64,000 bases of DNA, taken from NCBI GenBank assembly GCA_965208325.1, contig OZ242326.1, positions 4,320,001 to 4,384,000 on the forward strand, written 5' to 3'. The DNA is from Candidatus Poribacteria bacterium. GTDB taxonomy: Bacteria; Poribacteria; WGA-4E; PCPOR2b. Made by a program: the position numbers and the translations under genes. The stretch's first letter is position 1. The number at the start of each line of letters is the position of its first letter. Shown piece by piece: positions 37,918 to 46,432 of the stretch. The notes beneath the pieces are model-generated. The model was not told the DNA's origin. It was given only the letters and a program-made list of their open reading frames with translations, and ran no database searches.

Positions 37918-39846
37918 ATGAATAACACTCATGAGTTTGAGACGAAAAGCGCCAGCGGCCTTACATTCCGTGTAATATTCATCGGGCTGATACTCGTTAT
38001 CATCAACTCCTACTGGATCAATCTCTTCATCCCCTTCTACGGCGGCATCCTCCACAGTTACATGTCGCTCTTCTCCAACACCGTCTTTACCCTGCTAGTT
38101 ATTCTTCTGCTTAACCCACTCTTGGCACGTATGCACCCTCACTTCGCTCTGCATGGCTCCGAGGCGCTAGCGATTTACATTATGCTAATTATGGTCTCCA
38201 CTGTAGGCGGGGCGCCGCACCTGAGCTATCTGGCTTATATGCTGCCTCATCCGTTTTGGTTTGCCTCCTCAGAAAATGACTGGTCAAACTTATTCCTTGG
38301 GCACGTTCCCGACTGGATGACGGTAAAAAATCCGCAGGTGTTGCGCGGGTTTTATGAGGGCGATTCGTCGTTTTGGATGTCACAAGTCTTTAACAGTTGG
38401 ATAGTCCCGCTGCTGACATGGTCTGTTTTTATGCTGGTTCTATTTTTTGTATTGATGTGTATGAACACCATACTGAGAAAACAGTTCACGGACTATGAAC
38501 GACTGACATATCCAATTACGTGGCTGCCGCTGGAAATGGGCAAAAACCCATCTCGCTTTTTTGCGAACAAGTTGATGTGGATAGGGTTCGGTATCGCTGC
38601 AGGCGGCGGGTTGCTCAACGGTCTTAGCCATCTATATCCGGCGCTTCCCTCGCTGCCCATCCGAGCGCTAGACAACCGAATCACACACCTTTTCCTCGAA
38701 CGCCCATGGAATGCGGTCGGAACAATGCTGATTGCACTTCACCCGTTTGCTATCGGCCTCTCCTTCTTTATGCCCTTGGACTTGGCGTTTTCGTCGCTTT
38801 TTTTCTTTTTCTTTGGAAAAGCGGTCCTAGTGCTCAGAAGCGCTTTGGGGTTGCAAATGGATCTTTATCTCGACGAACAGTCGGAAGGGGCGTGGATCGG
38901 GTTAGGCCTTCTCGCCTTGTGGGTGGGGCGAAGACACTTGAAACAGGCGTTCGCCGCAGCCGGTAGAGGGAAAGGGCATCTAGACGACTCGAAGGAACCC
39001 ATGGCATATAAATGGGCGATATGGGGAATCATCGGGGGTATGATTTTCCTGATAATTTTCGCGATAAAAGCGGGGTTTTCGCTATGGGTTTTTCTTCTGT
39101 TCATCGGAATCTACTTCTTGATGGCAATCAGCCTGACAAAGGTCAGAGCCGGCCTTGGCCCGCCGATGCACGAGGTCATTTTCAAGGATCCGGCAACAAC
39201 GATGGTTTCTGCGCTGGGGACTCGTACAATCGGCGCTAAGAATCTAACGCTTATGTCGTTCCTATACTGGCTAAACCGAGTCAATACGTCGCACCCGATG
39301 CCTAACCAGCTTGAGGCGTTCCGAATAAGCGAACAAGCACAGTTAAACAGTCGAAAACTCACCGTTGTCATGCTCGCTGCACTCGCGGTGAGCATCGTTA
39401 CTACGTGGACGGTCTATTTTTCCCACGCGTATGAGCGCGGCGCCGGTCTGGCTGGTGGGGGAATTGCTTGGGAATGTTTCAATCGCCTGCAGCGCTGGCT
39501 AAATTCGCCGACAGAATATAACTATCCCGCAATAATCGCCATGGGCACCGGCTTCGGCGTCACCCTTATTCTATCAGCGTTGAAACTGCGTTTTCTATGG
39601 TGGCCCTTCCACCCGATTGGGTATGTAATTGGAACAGGCAGGTGGGGGGACCTCTCCTTCATCTGGTTTCCCATGCTTCTCTGTTGGGCGCTCAAGCTGG
39701 GCATTCTACGCTATGGCGGGCTGCAAGCCTACCGCCGGGCGATTCCGTTTTTTGCGGGTTTAATTCTCGGAGATTATTCCATGGCGTGCCTATGGGGCAT
39801 CATCGGGTGGGTTTTAAAGCGGCAGATGTATCAAATTTGGGTTTAG
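37918..39846 (+). CDS. Large polytopic membrane protein, putative transporter (DUF6785/DUF6784-like)
   Basis: Many TM segments; ERLTYPI..LP, HPMPNQLEAF, WWPFHPIGY and RYGG..AYRRAIPFF.GLILG motifs; family name recalled, not searched. Confidence 0.6.
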   Translation: MNNTHEFETKSASGLTFRVIFIGLILVIINSYWINLFIPFYGGILHSYMSLFSNTVFTLLVILLLNPLLARMHPHFALHGSEALAIYIMLIMVSTVGGAPHLSYLAYMLPHPFWFASSENDWSNLFLGHVPDWMTVKNPQVLRGFYEGDSSFWMSQVFNSWIVPLLTWSVFMLVLFFVLMCMNTILRKQFTDYERLTYPITWLPLEMGKNPSRFFANKLMWIGFGIAAGGGLLNGLSHLYPALPSLPIRALDNRITHLFLERPWNAVGTMLIALHPFAIGLSFFMPLDLAFSSLFFFFFGKAVLVLRSALGLQMDLYLDEQSEGAWIGLGLLALWVGRRHLKQAFAAAGRGKGHLDDSKEPMAYKWAIWGIIGGMIFLIIFAIKAGFSLWVFLLFIGIYFLMAISLTKVRAGLGPPMHEVIFKDPATTMVSALGTRTIGAKNLTLMSFLYWLNRVNTSHPMPNQLEAFRISEQAQLNSRKLTVVMLAALAVSIVTTWTVYFSHAYERGAGLAGGGIAWECFNRLQRWLNSPTEYNYPAIIAMGTGFGVTLILSALKLRFLWWPFHPIGYVIGTGRWGDLSFIWFPMLLCWALKLGILRYGGLQAYRRAIPFFAGLILGDYSMACLWGIIGWVLKRQMYQIWV

Positions 39847-39902
39847 CGGGCCGTTCTTTGCAAAAACGGCATGATATGAAATGGACATCATTCCTAGTGC
39901 AC

Positions 39903-40270
39903 GCGGGGCAAGATGCCCCGCCTACGGAGGGTGGCGGTGTACGCGTGTCAAGATTCCCCGGCTACGTGGGAGGAAGAATCGGGTGGCGGCGGCGCGTTTA
40001 CGGTGATTGGGTAGTGGGATTTCGCGGAAGATTACGGCACACGGAGTGTGCCTACTACTTTGTGCGGGGCAAGGTGCCCCGCCTACGGAGGGTGGCGGCG
40101 TGCGCGGGGCAGGATTCTCCGGCTACAGGGGGAAGATGCGGTGCGACGAGGCGCGGTTACGGTGAGTGGGTAGTGGGATTTCGCGGAAGATTACGGCACA
40201 CGGAGTGTGCCTACTACTTTGTGCGGGGCAAGATGCCCCGCCTACAAGGGTTGGCGGCGTATGCGGGGCT
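39903..40270. repeat. BIME-like tandem mosaic of REP palindromes (~160-bp period)
   Basis: GCGGGGCAAG[AG]TGCCCCGCCTAC at 39903, 40064 and 40223; GGCACACGGAGTGTGCCTACTAC at 40036 and 40195; lies between convergent genes. Confidence 0.85.
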
Positions 40271-40411
40271 ATCGGGTAGGACATGTCTTATTTGGCGACA
40301 TTCCGAATTGACTCGATGTGGTGGACAGTATCCAAGTGCCAGCAGTGTTTGTAATCATTATGGGAAGATGTCTAATCTTCCCCGTTAATTCAAACTCAAT
40401 ATTGGACGGTA

Positions 40412-41347
40412 TTACTCCTCGCCGGAGGCTGCTTCCTTCCCGGATTCTGATTCCACGAGCGTCGATTTCAAAGAGAGACTGTAATCAAGCAGCATCCTTG
40501 CGTACGGGATATTGTGGAGGCCATAACCGCTGTCGCCTTTAACCATGTCATAGTTCCACTTTGCCGCTTTGTACGTTTCGCTGTTTGGATCGGCCGCACC
40601 GTCCAGCATAGCCTTTACCGCGTCCATTTTGCCGCCAATCTCCTCACGATACCTTTTTAGCCTAGCTTCCATATCATCGTGGCAATCCCCGCAAATCGAA
40701 AAGTCTGCTATAAAGGTATGCCCGCCGCGCTGCGCAATCTCATCTTTTGATTCCTTTTTCGCCATGTGGCAGTGTACGCATCGCTTCTTCATCACTCTAA
40801 CGTGCGGTGAAGGTTTCCGCCTGACGCCCTTCCCGTCGCGGCCTAAGAACATCTCTGTTTGAGATTTGTGGATGATCCCATCTCCGGCGCAGCCGCAATC
40901 CATTTTGTGGCAGGAAACACAGAGTTTCCGAGTCGACTTTACCAACAGATTTTCGCGGGTACTACTATGCAAATGGCACGACGAACAACTGACGGCATTC
41001 ACAGCAGTCTCCAGATTGTAGGGATGGCCTTTCGATCTGCCGATTCTGGAATGTATCTCATAGCCGGCGGAATGACAGCTAAGACAAGAGACGCGTACGG
41101 GATGGTCGCCGTGGTCAAGGTTGATTAACGCCTTCGCGTGTCCAGCCATCTTCCATTCAGCGTAAGCAGCTTCGCTTCCATGGCATGTGTAGCACTTTTC
41201 ACGGAAAGGAGAATCTTCATGCGTATCAACGCCTCCGTGCGTTGACTCTGAATGCACGGCTTCGCCCGCTTGAAGACTGTTAAATGAGATGAATCCGACA
41301 GAAAGCATGGCTGCTGTCAGCAAAAGAAATAATAGCGATTGTTTCAT
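40412..41347 (-). CDS. Periplasmic multiheme cytochrome c (6 CxxCH)
   Basis: Signal peptide; CYTCH, CLSCH, CSSCH, CVSCH, CVHCH, CGDCH; C-terminal D.GYGLHN.PYA helix region. Confidence 0.9.
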   Translation of the reverse strand: MKQSLLFLLLTAAMLSVGFISFNSLQAGEAVHSESTHGGVDTHEDSPFREKCYTCHGSEAAYAEWKMAGHAKALINLDHGDHPVRVSCLSCHSAGYEIHSRIGRSKGHPYNLETAVNAVSCSSCHLHSSTRENLLVKSTRKLCVSCHKMDCGCAGDGIIHKSQTEMFLGRDGKGVRRKPSPHVRVMKKRCVHCHMAKKESKDEIAQRGGHTFIADFSICGDCHDDMEARLKRYREEIGGKMDAVKAMLDGAADPNSETYKAAKWNYDMVKGDSGYGLHNIPYARMLLDYSLSLKSTLVESESGKEAASGEE

Positions 41348-41443
41348 CTGTTAGAGTATTTCTCCCCTCCTTGCTTCAATGCAATATCGCCGCAGTGGAG
41401 GCGGGCGCGGCGAAACTCGGATTCACTCCGCAATTGTGCGGTG

Positions 41444-43636
41444 TTACTTCACTATCACCATCCGACGTAACGCGTTGTAATCACCTGCACGGAATTGATA
41501 GAAATAAGTACCGCTTGTGACGCGTTCGCCGTTTTGGTTCCGCCCGTCCCAATACGCTGCATTCGTTTTGTCACGGTAGATGCCGGACTTCTGATGTCCC
41601 ATGTCCAGCGTTCGCACAATTTGGCCGCTCTGGTCGTAGATGTTTAAGGTCACGAGTGCATCGTTTGCCAACTGATACGGTATCCAGGTTTCGGGGTTGA
41701 ACGGATTCGGGTAATTTTGAAGCAACACTGTCCGTTTAATGTCTCCCAACGTAGTCAAGAAATTTCCCAACGGTTCCACGCCGACTCCAATGCCGGTATA
41801 AGAGTCAAGTTCCCAAAGCAACACAGCCCCATCGTAACCCGAGCTAGCCAGGGTGCCTCCGTCAGGGCTGAATGCAAGGCTATGCACCCACAAGGAATGC
41901 CCATGGAGCGAAGCTAGGAGTTCCCACGAATCGGTGTCCCAGAGACGAACGTTACCGTCGATACCCCCACTGGCGAGTGTGCGTCCGTCGGGACTGAACG
42001 CAAGGCTATTGACGGAATACGCATTCGGGATATTAAGGGTTCGCAGCAGTTCTCCCTTATCAACATTCCACAATAAAATTGATTCCCTACCCCCGCTTGC
42101 GAGGGTGCTGCCTCCTGGGCTGAACGCAACGCTATAGAAAGGGCCTTTATGCTCATGCAGTTTTCGCAGTTGTTCTCCTGTATCTACGTCCCACAGAATA
42201 AGCGCCTCCCAACCCGCGCTTGCCAGCGTTCCTCCGTCCGGACTGAACGCCACGCTATTCAGATCGTGCATATCCACGGTGAGTGTATGCCTAGCGTTCC
42301 CAGCACCGGCGTCCCACAAACGTACGGTGTTGTCCCAACTCGCACTTGCGATAATACTGCCGTCCGGACTGAACGCAACGTCTTTAATCGGAGCCGTATG
42401 ACCCTCAAGCTTTAGCTGCTCTTCTCCGGTATCGGCGTCCCGCACACGGACCGTGTTGCCCCAACTCTCGCTGGCAATGGTTTCGCCGTCGGGGCTGTAC
42501 GCAACGCTGACGCTACCACCAAAATCGCCATCGCCAAACGAGCGTCTGTGTTCTCCCGTTTCGGAGTCCCAAAGCCGGACAGCGTCCCCACTCGCACTTG
42601 CGACTGTGCCGCCGTCCGGGCTGAACGCGACGCTGTGAACTTGGGGGTAGTGTCCGATGATAGTGCGTAGCAGTTTACCCGATCCGGCGTCCCACAGTCG
42701 GAAAGTCTGGTCATGGCTCAAACCGGCAATCGTGCGTCCGTCGGGACTAAATGTAAAGGTATAGCACCAATGCGATTCGTTAAGGCGCCGCAACTCTTCT
42801 CCGGTTGCGGAGTTCCACAATCGGACAACTTGCCCTTCCGCGCTAGCAAGGATGTTCCCATCCGGACTAAATGCGACTGTATCGACCGAACCCGAAGCGG
42901 AAAGTGTACGCAGATGTTGTCCGGTTGTTGCGTCCCATAGGCGGACAGTTTTGTCATTGCTGCCGCTTGCGAGGATGCTGCCGTCCGGACTGAACGCAAC
43001 GCTATACACGTACGCCGTATGCCCCCCCAGCGTGCTTAGGAGGTCTCCAGTATCGGCGTCCCACAGGCCGATGGTTCGGTCTGCGCCCGCGCTAGCGATA
43101 ATACTGCTATCCGGGCTGAACGCTAAGCCGTTGACCCAACTTCCGTACCCGTTGAGCGTGCGAAGATGTCTTCCCGTTTCTGCATCCCAAAGTTCAATAT
43201 CTCGGTTCCCAGTTTCGCTTGCGATGGTGCGTCCGTCGGGGCTGTACGCAAGGCTGTTTGCCGCGCCCGACCCTTTAATCGTTTGCAGATGTTTTCCCGT
43301 TGCGGCATCCCACAGTCGAATGTCATCGTTCCAACTTGCCCCGGCGATTGTGCTGCCATCGGGGCTAATCGCAATGCTGTCGACGTCCGTATTCCCGACA
43401 AACAGATCGGTTTCCTTATGAGTCGCCGTATCGTAAAGCCATACACCGATTCCACTGGCGACCGCGAGTCCGGTACCATCGGGCGTATAAGCAATTTCGT
43501 GAATCCGGCCTTGCCCAATGCGCAATTTGGCGCCTTCGGGCAGCCCCCATTGCAGAGAATGCTGGGCATAGCTTTGCGGTAAACACAGCGCGGCAACGAA
43601 TAACAAGCTGAATTTGAAAACCAATGCCTTCTTCAT
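41444..43636 (-). CDS. Secreted WD40-repeat protein with FlgD-Ig/T9SS-CTD-like C-terminal domain (paralogue 4)
   Basis: Signal peptide; ~13-14 VAFSPDG..LASGS.D..IRLWD repeats; QNYPNPFNPETWIPYQL...WDGRN..GE.V.SG.YFY. Confidence 0.9.
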   Translation of the reverse strand: MKKALVFKFSLLFVAALCLPQSYAQHSLQWGLPEGAKLRIGQGRIHEIAYTPDGTGLAVASGIGVWLYDTATHKETDLFVGNTDVDSIAISPDGSTIAGASWNDDIRLWDAATGKHLQTIKGSGAANSLAYSPDGRTIASETGNRDIELWDAETGRHLRTLNGYGSWVNGLAFSPDSSIIASAGADRTIGLWDADTGDLLSTLGGHTAYVYSVAFSPDGSILASGSNDKTVRLWDATTGQHLRTLSASGSVDTVAFSPDGNILASAEGQVVRLWNSATGEELRRLNESHWCYTFTFSPDGRTIAGLSHDQTFRLWDAGSGKLLRTIIGHYPQVHSVAFSPDGGTVASASGDAVRLWDSETGEHRRSFGDGDFGGSVSVAYSPDGETIASESWGNTVRVRDADTGEEQLKLEGHTAPIKDVAFSPDGSIIASASWDNTVRLWDAGAGNARHTLTVDMHDLNSVAFSPDGGTLASAGWEALILWDVDTGEQLRKLHEHKGPFYSVAFSPGGSTLASGGRESILLWNVDKGELLRTLNIPNAYSVNSLAFSPDGRTLASGGIDGNVRLWDTDSWELLASLHGHSLWVHSLAFSPDGGTLASSGYDGAVLLWELDSYTGIGVGVEPLGNFLTTLGDIKRTVLLQNYPNPFNPETWIPYQLANDALVTLNIYDQSGQIVRTLDMGHQKSGIYRDKTNAAYWDGRNQNGERVTSGTYFYQFRAGDYNALRRMVIVK

Positions 43637-43714
43637 TGAAATTTTCCTCCTTGTTGAGTTCGCGGGTGCATCTCCGCGATTTCTACTTTTGGCGTACGTC
43701 CCTTGATTTAAAGC

Positions 43715-44090
43715 CTGGCTGAAGAAGAAAAAGTTACATGAACGTTTGGAGTTCTCGACTATTCATTTCAGAATATTGATTCTGAACCAATACAAGAAGA
43801 AATTATAATCTTCAAGCGATTTGCCCGCGAGTTGTGAGATGTTCAATTGGAATATCCGACTCCCCGCACTAGTTCCATTACAACGAAGGCATTCATGCAA
43901 ACCTGTATTTGGTACGATAGGACCATTTACATGTAAATTATACACCATTAGATGATTTACTTCAACTTTGACGCGAAAAACCTGATGTATCAAGGCGCGC
44001 GACAGTTTGAATTCCGTCATCTAGAGTGTTGGGTTTTGCATCAAGCTGCGCAGATTGAACGAATCCTTTGGAGAATAACCGTGCTTCACA
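43715..44090 (+). pseudogene. Possible degraded AT-rich gene fragment between WD40 genes
   Basis: One + frame reads protein-like (…VLDYSFQNIDSEPIQEEIIIFKRFAREL*DVQLEYP…) with several stops. Confidence 0.3.
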
Positions 44091-44105
44091 CTGTTCTGTT
44101 AGGCG

Positions 44106-46322
44106 TTACTTAACAATCGCCATCCGCCTTAGAGAAGCGTAATCACCCGCGCGGAGTTGATAGTAATACGCGCCGCTTGTGACGCGTTCTCCGTTCTGGT
44201 TGCGCCCGTCCCAATACGCGGCGTTCTCTTTGTCTTGGTAGACCCCCGGTTTTTGATGTCCAATGTCCAACCTGCGTACGATACGGCCGCTCTGGTCGTA
44301 GATGTTCAAAGTCACGAGCGCATCGTCTGCCAACTGATACGGTATCCAAGTTTCGGGGTTGAACGGATTTGGATAATTCTGCAGCAACGCAGTGCGTTTG
44401 ATGTCGCCAAGAGTCGTCAAGTGATTTTCCCTCGGTTCGACCCCAACTCCGATTGAAGTGCGAAGATCCCATAACAACACGGTGCCGTCCCAACTCCCGC
44501 TGGCGAGGGTGCGTCCCTCGGGACCGAATGTAACGCTATAGACACCATCCGTATGGCCGGTAAGCGTTTGCAGGTGTTTGCCAGTATCAACATCCCAGAG
44601 GCGGATTCTCCGATCTGCATTCGCGCTCACGAGGGTGCCGCCATCAGGGCTGAAATCAACGCTATTGACCCATCCGCCATGCCAAGTAATCGTCCGAAGG
44701 TGTTTGCCGGTATCGACGTTCCACAAGCGGATGGATCTATCCCAACCGCCGCTTGCAAGCGTACTGCCATCTGGACTGAACGCAATGCTCTGGATGGATA
44801 GCGTGTGTCCTTTAAGGACGCGCAGCCTTTCACCGTTATCGACGTCCCATAGTACGATAGTGGTTTTACCCCCACTGGCGAGGATTTTGCCGTCCGGGCT
44901 GTACGCAAGGCTTGAAACCCCAAACCTAGGGGTATGTACGCTGCTCCGTGTTCGTAAGAGTTCACCGGTATCGGCATCCCAAATACGGACGGTATTGTCC
45001 AAACTTCCGCCAGCGACGCGGCGTCCATCAGGACTGAACGCAACCCCATAAATCGAATTCGTATGCCCCATGAGCGTCCGTACGTGTTCTCCAGTAGCCG
45101 TGTCCCACAGACGAATGGTTAGGTCGCGACTTCCGCTTGCGATGCGGCGTCCATCCGGACTGAACACGACGTTCGTGACGTGCTTCTCATGCCCGGTGAG
45201 TGTGTGCAAGTGATCGCCGGTATTGGCGTCCCATAGGCGAACAGTTTCGTCCCCCCAGCTGCCGCTGGCAACCGTTCCGCCGTCTGGACTAAATGCGACA
45301 CTTCTGACCGAGCCCGTATACCCTGTCAGCGTTCCTAAGTGTTTGCCAGTAGCGGCATCCCACACGCGGACGGTACCGTCCCAACTCCCGCTTGCGAGTG
45401 TGCGTCCATCGGGACTGTACGCAACAGTGCCAACCCAATCCGTGTGTCCGTTTAGCGTTTGCAGGTGTTCGCCTGTTATTGTGTCCCACAGGCGGATTGA
45501 ATCGTCCCAGCTTCCGCTCGCAATGGTGCCGCCGTCGGGGCTGAACAAGACACTATTGACCGAATGCGTATGGCCGTTTAGTGTTCGCAGCCGTTTTCCC
45601 GTATTAGCATCCCATAGTAGGATGGAATTATCGTCACTACCGCTAACAATCGTATCACCGTCGGGGCTGAATGAAACACTGTGTACCGGATTCGTGTGAT
45701 CGTCTAGCGTTAGCAGGTGTTTTCCCGTAGACGTGTCCCATAGGCGGATTGTGGTATCTCTACTCCCGCTTGCGATGGTGCCGCCATCGGGACTGTACGA
45801 GACGATAATGACGTTGTCTGTATGCCCGCGGAGCGTATGCAGACTCTTTCCCGTTTCCGAGTCCCACAAATGGATGGTATTGTCGTAAGTCCCTCCTGCT
45901 AAAGTATCGCCGTTGGGACTGAACGAAACGTTAATCACCCAATCCCCGTAACCGTTCAGGGTTCTAAGGCGATTTCCCGTTTCCACATCCCACATACTGA
46001 GGATGTCCACACCGTCACTGGCACTGGCAATTGTACCCCCGTCGGGACTGAACGAAAAACCGCTAATTACTCCTGTATCCCCGGTAAGGAATGCGGCTTC
46101 TTTATGGGTTTCTGCATCGTAAAGCCATATTCCGATGCTGCTGGAAACTGCAAGTCGTTTGCCGTCTGGTGAATACTGTATTTCGCCTATCGAACCTCTA
46201 CCGAGCCGCGCTTTGGCGATTTCGGGTAGATGCCATTGAAGAGAATCTTGGGCGTAGCTGAATGGTACACATAGCGCGGCAACGAAGAAATAGTTAAGCT
46301 TGAAAATTGTGGATTTTTTCAC
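44106..46322 (-). CDS. Secreted WD40-repeat protein with FlgD-Ig/T9SS-CTD-like domain (paralogue 3)
   Basis: Same architecture; GTG start with GGAGG RBS. Confidence 0.9.
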   Translation of the reverse strand: MKKSTIFKLNYFFVAALCVPFSYAQDSLQWHLPEIAKARLGRGSIGEIQYSPDGKRLAVSSSIGIWLYDAETHKEAAFLTGDTGVISGFSFSPDGGTIASASDGVDILSMWDVETGNRLRTLNGYGDWVINVSFSPNGDTLAGGTYDNTIHLWDSETGKSLHTLRGHTDNVIIVSYSPDGGTIASGSRDTTIRLWDTSTGKHLLTLDDHTNPVHSVSFSPDGDTIVSGSDDNSILLWDANTGKRLRTLNGHTHSVNSVLFSPDGGTIASGSWDDSIRLWDTITGEHLQTLNGHTDWVGTVAYSPDGRTLASGSWDGTVRVWDAATGKHLGTLTGYTGSVRSVAFSPDGGTVASGSWGDETVRLWDANTGDHLHTLTGHEKHVTNVVFSPDGRRIASGSRDLTIRLWDTATGEHVRTLMGHTNSIYGVAFSPDGRRVAGGSLDNTVRIWDADTGELLRTRSSVHTPRFGVSSLAYSPDGKILASGGKTTIVLWDVDNGERLRVLKGHTLSIQSIAFSPDGSTLASGGWDRSIRLWNVDTGKHLRTITWHGGWVNSVDFSPDGGTLVSANADRRIRLWDVDTGKHLQTLTGHTDGVYSVTFGPEGRTLASGSWDGTVLLWDLRTSIGVGVEPRENHLTTLGDIKRTALLQNYPNPFNPETWIPYQLADDALVTLNIYDQSGRIVRRLDIGHQKPGVYQDKENAAYWDGRNQNGERVTSGAYYYQLRAGDYASLRRMAIVK

Positions 46323-46432
46323 TGGAATCCTCCTCCGATTTTGCGTTGTGCATCCAAAAATACTCGTTCTATGTATCGTCAGACAACAATTTTATTAGAA
46401 ATACTCGGATTATCACCTCCAATCGTTATGTG

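Noticed and set aside
39903..40270. Possible CRISPR array
   Set aside because: The sequences between palindromes are themselves repeated, the period is ~160 bp and there are no cas genes; it fits a REP/BIME mosaic
39597..40388. 263-aa ORF with repeated RLRHTECAYYF
   Set aside because: It is a translation of the REP array and overlaps the real membrane-protein gene out of frame
40412..41347. Call as nitrite reductase NrfA
   Set aside because: No CxxCK active-site heme, too short, and no nrfH or nrfB neighbour
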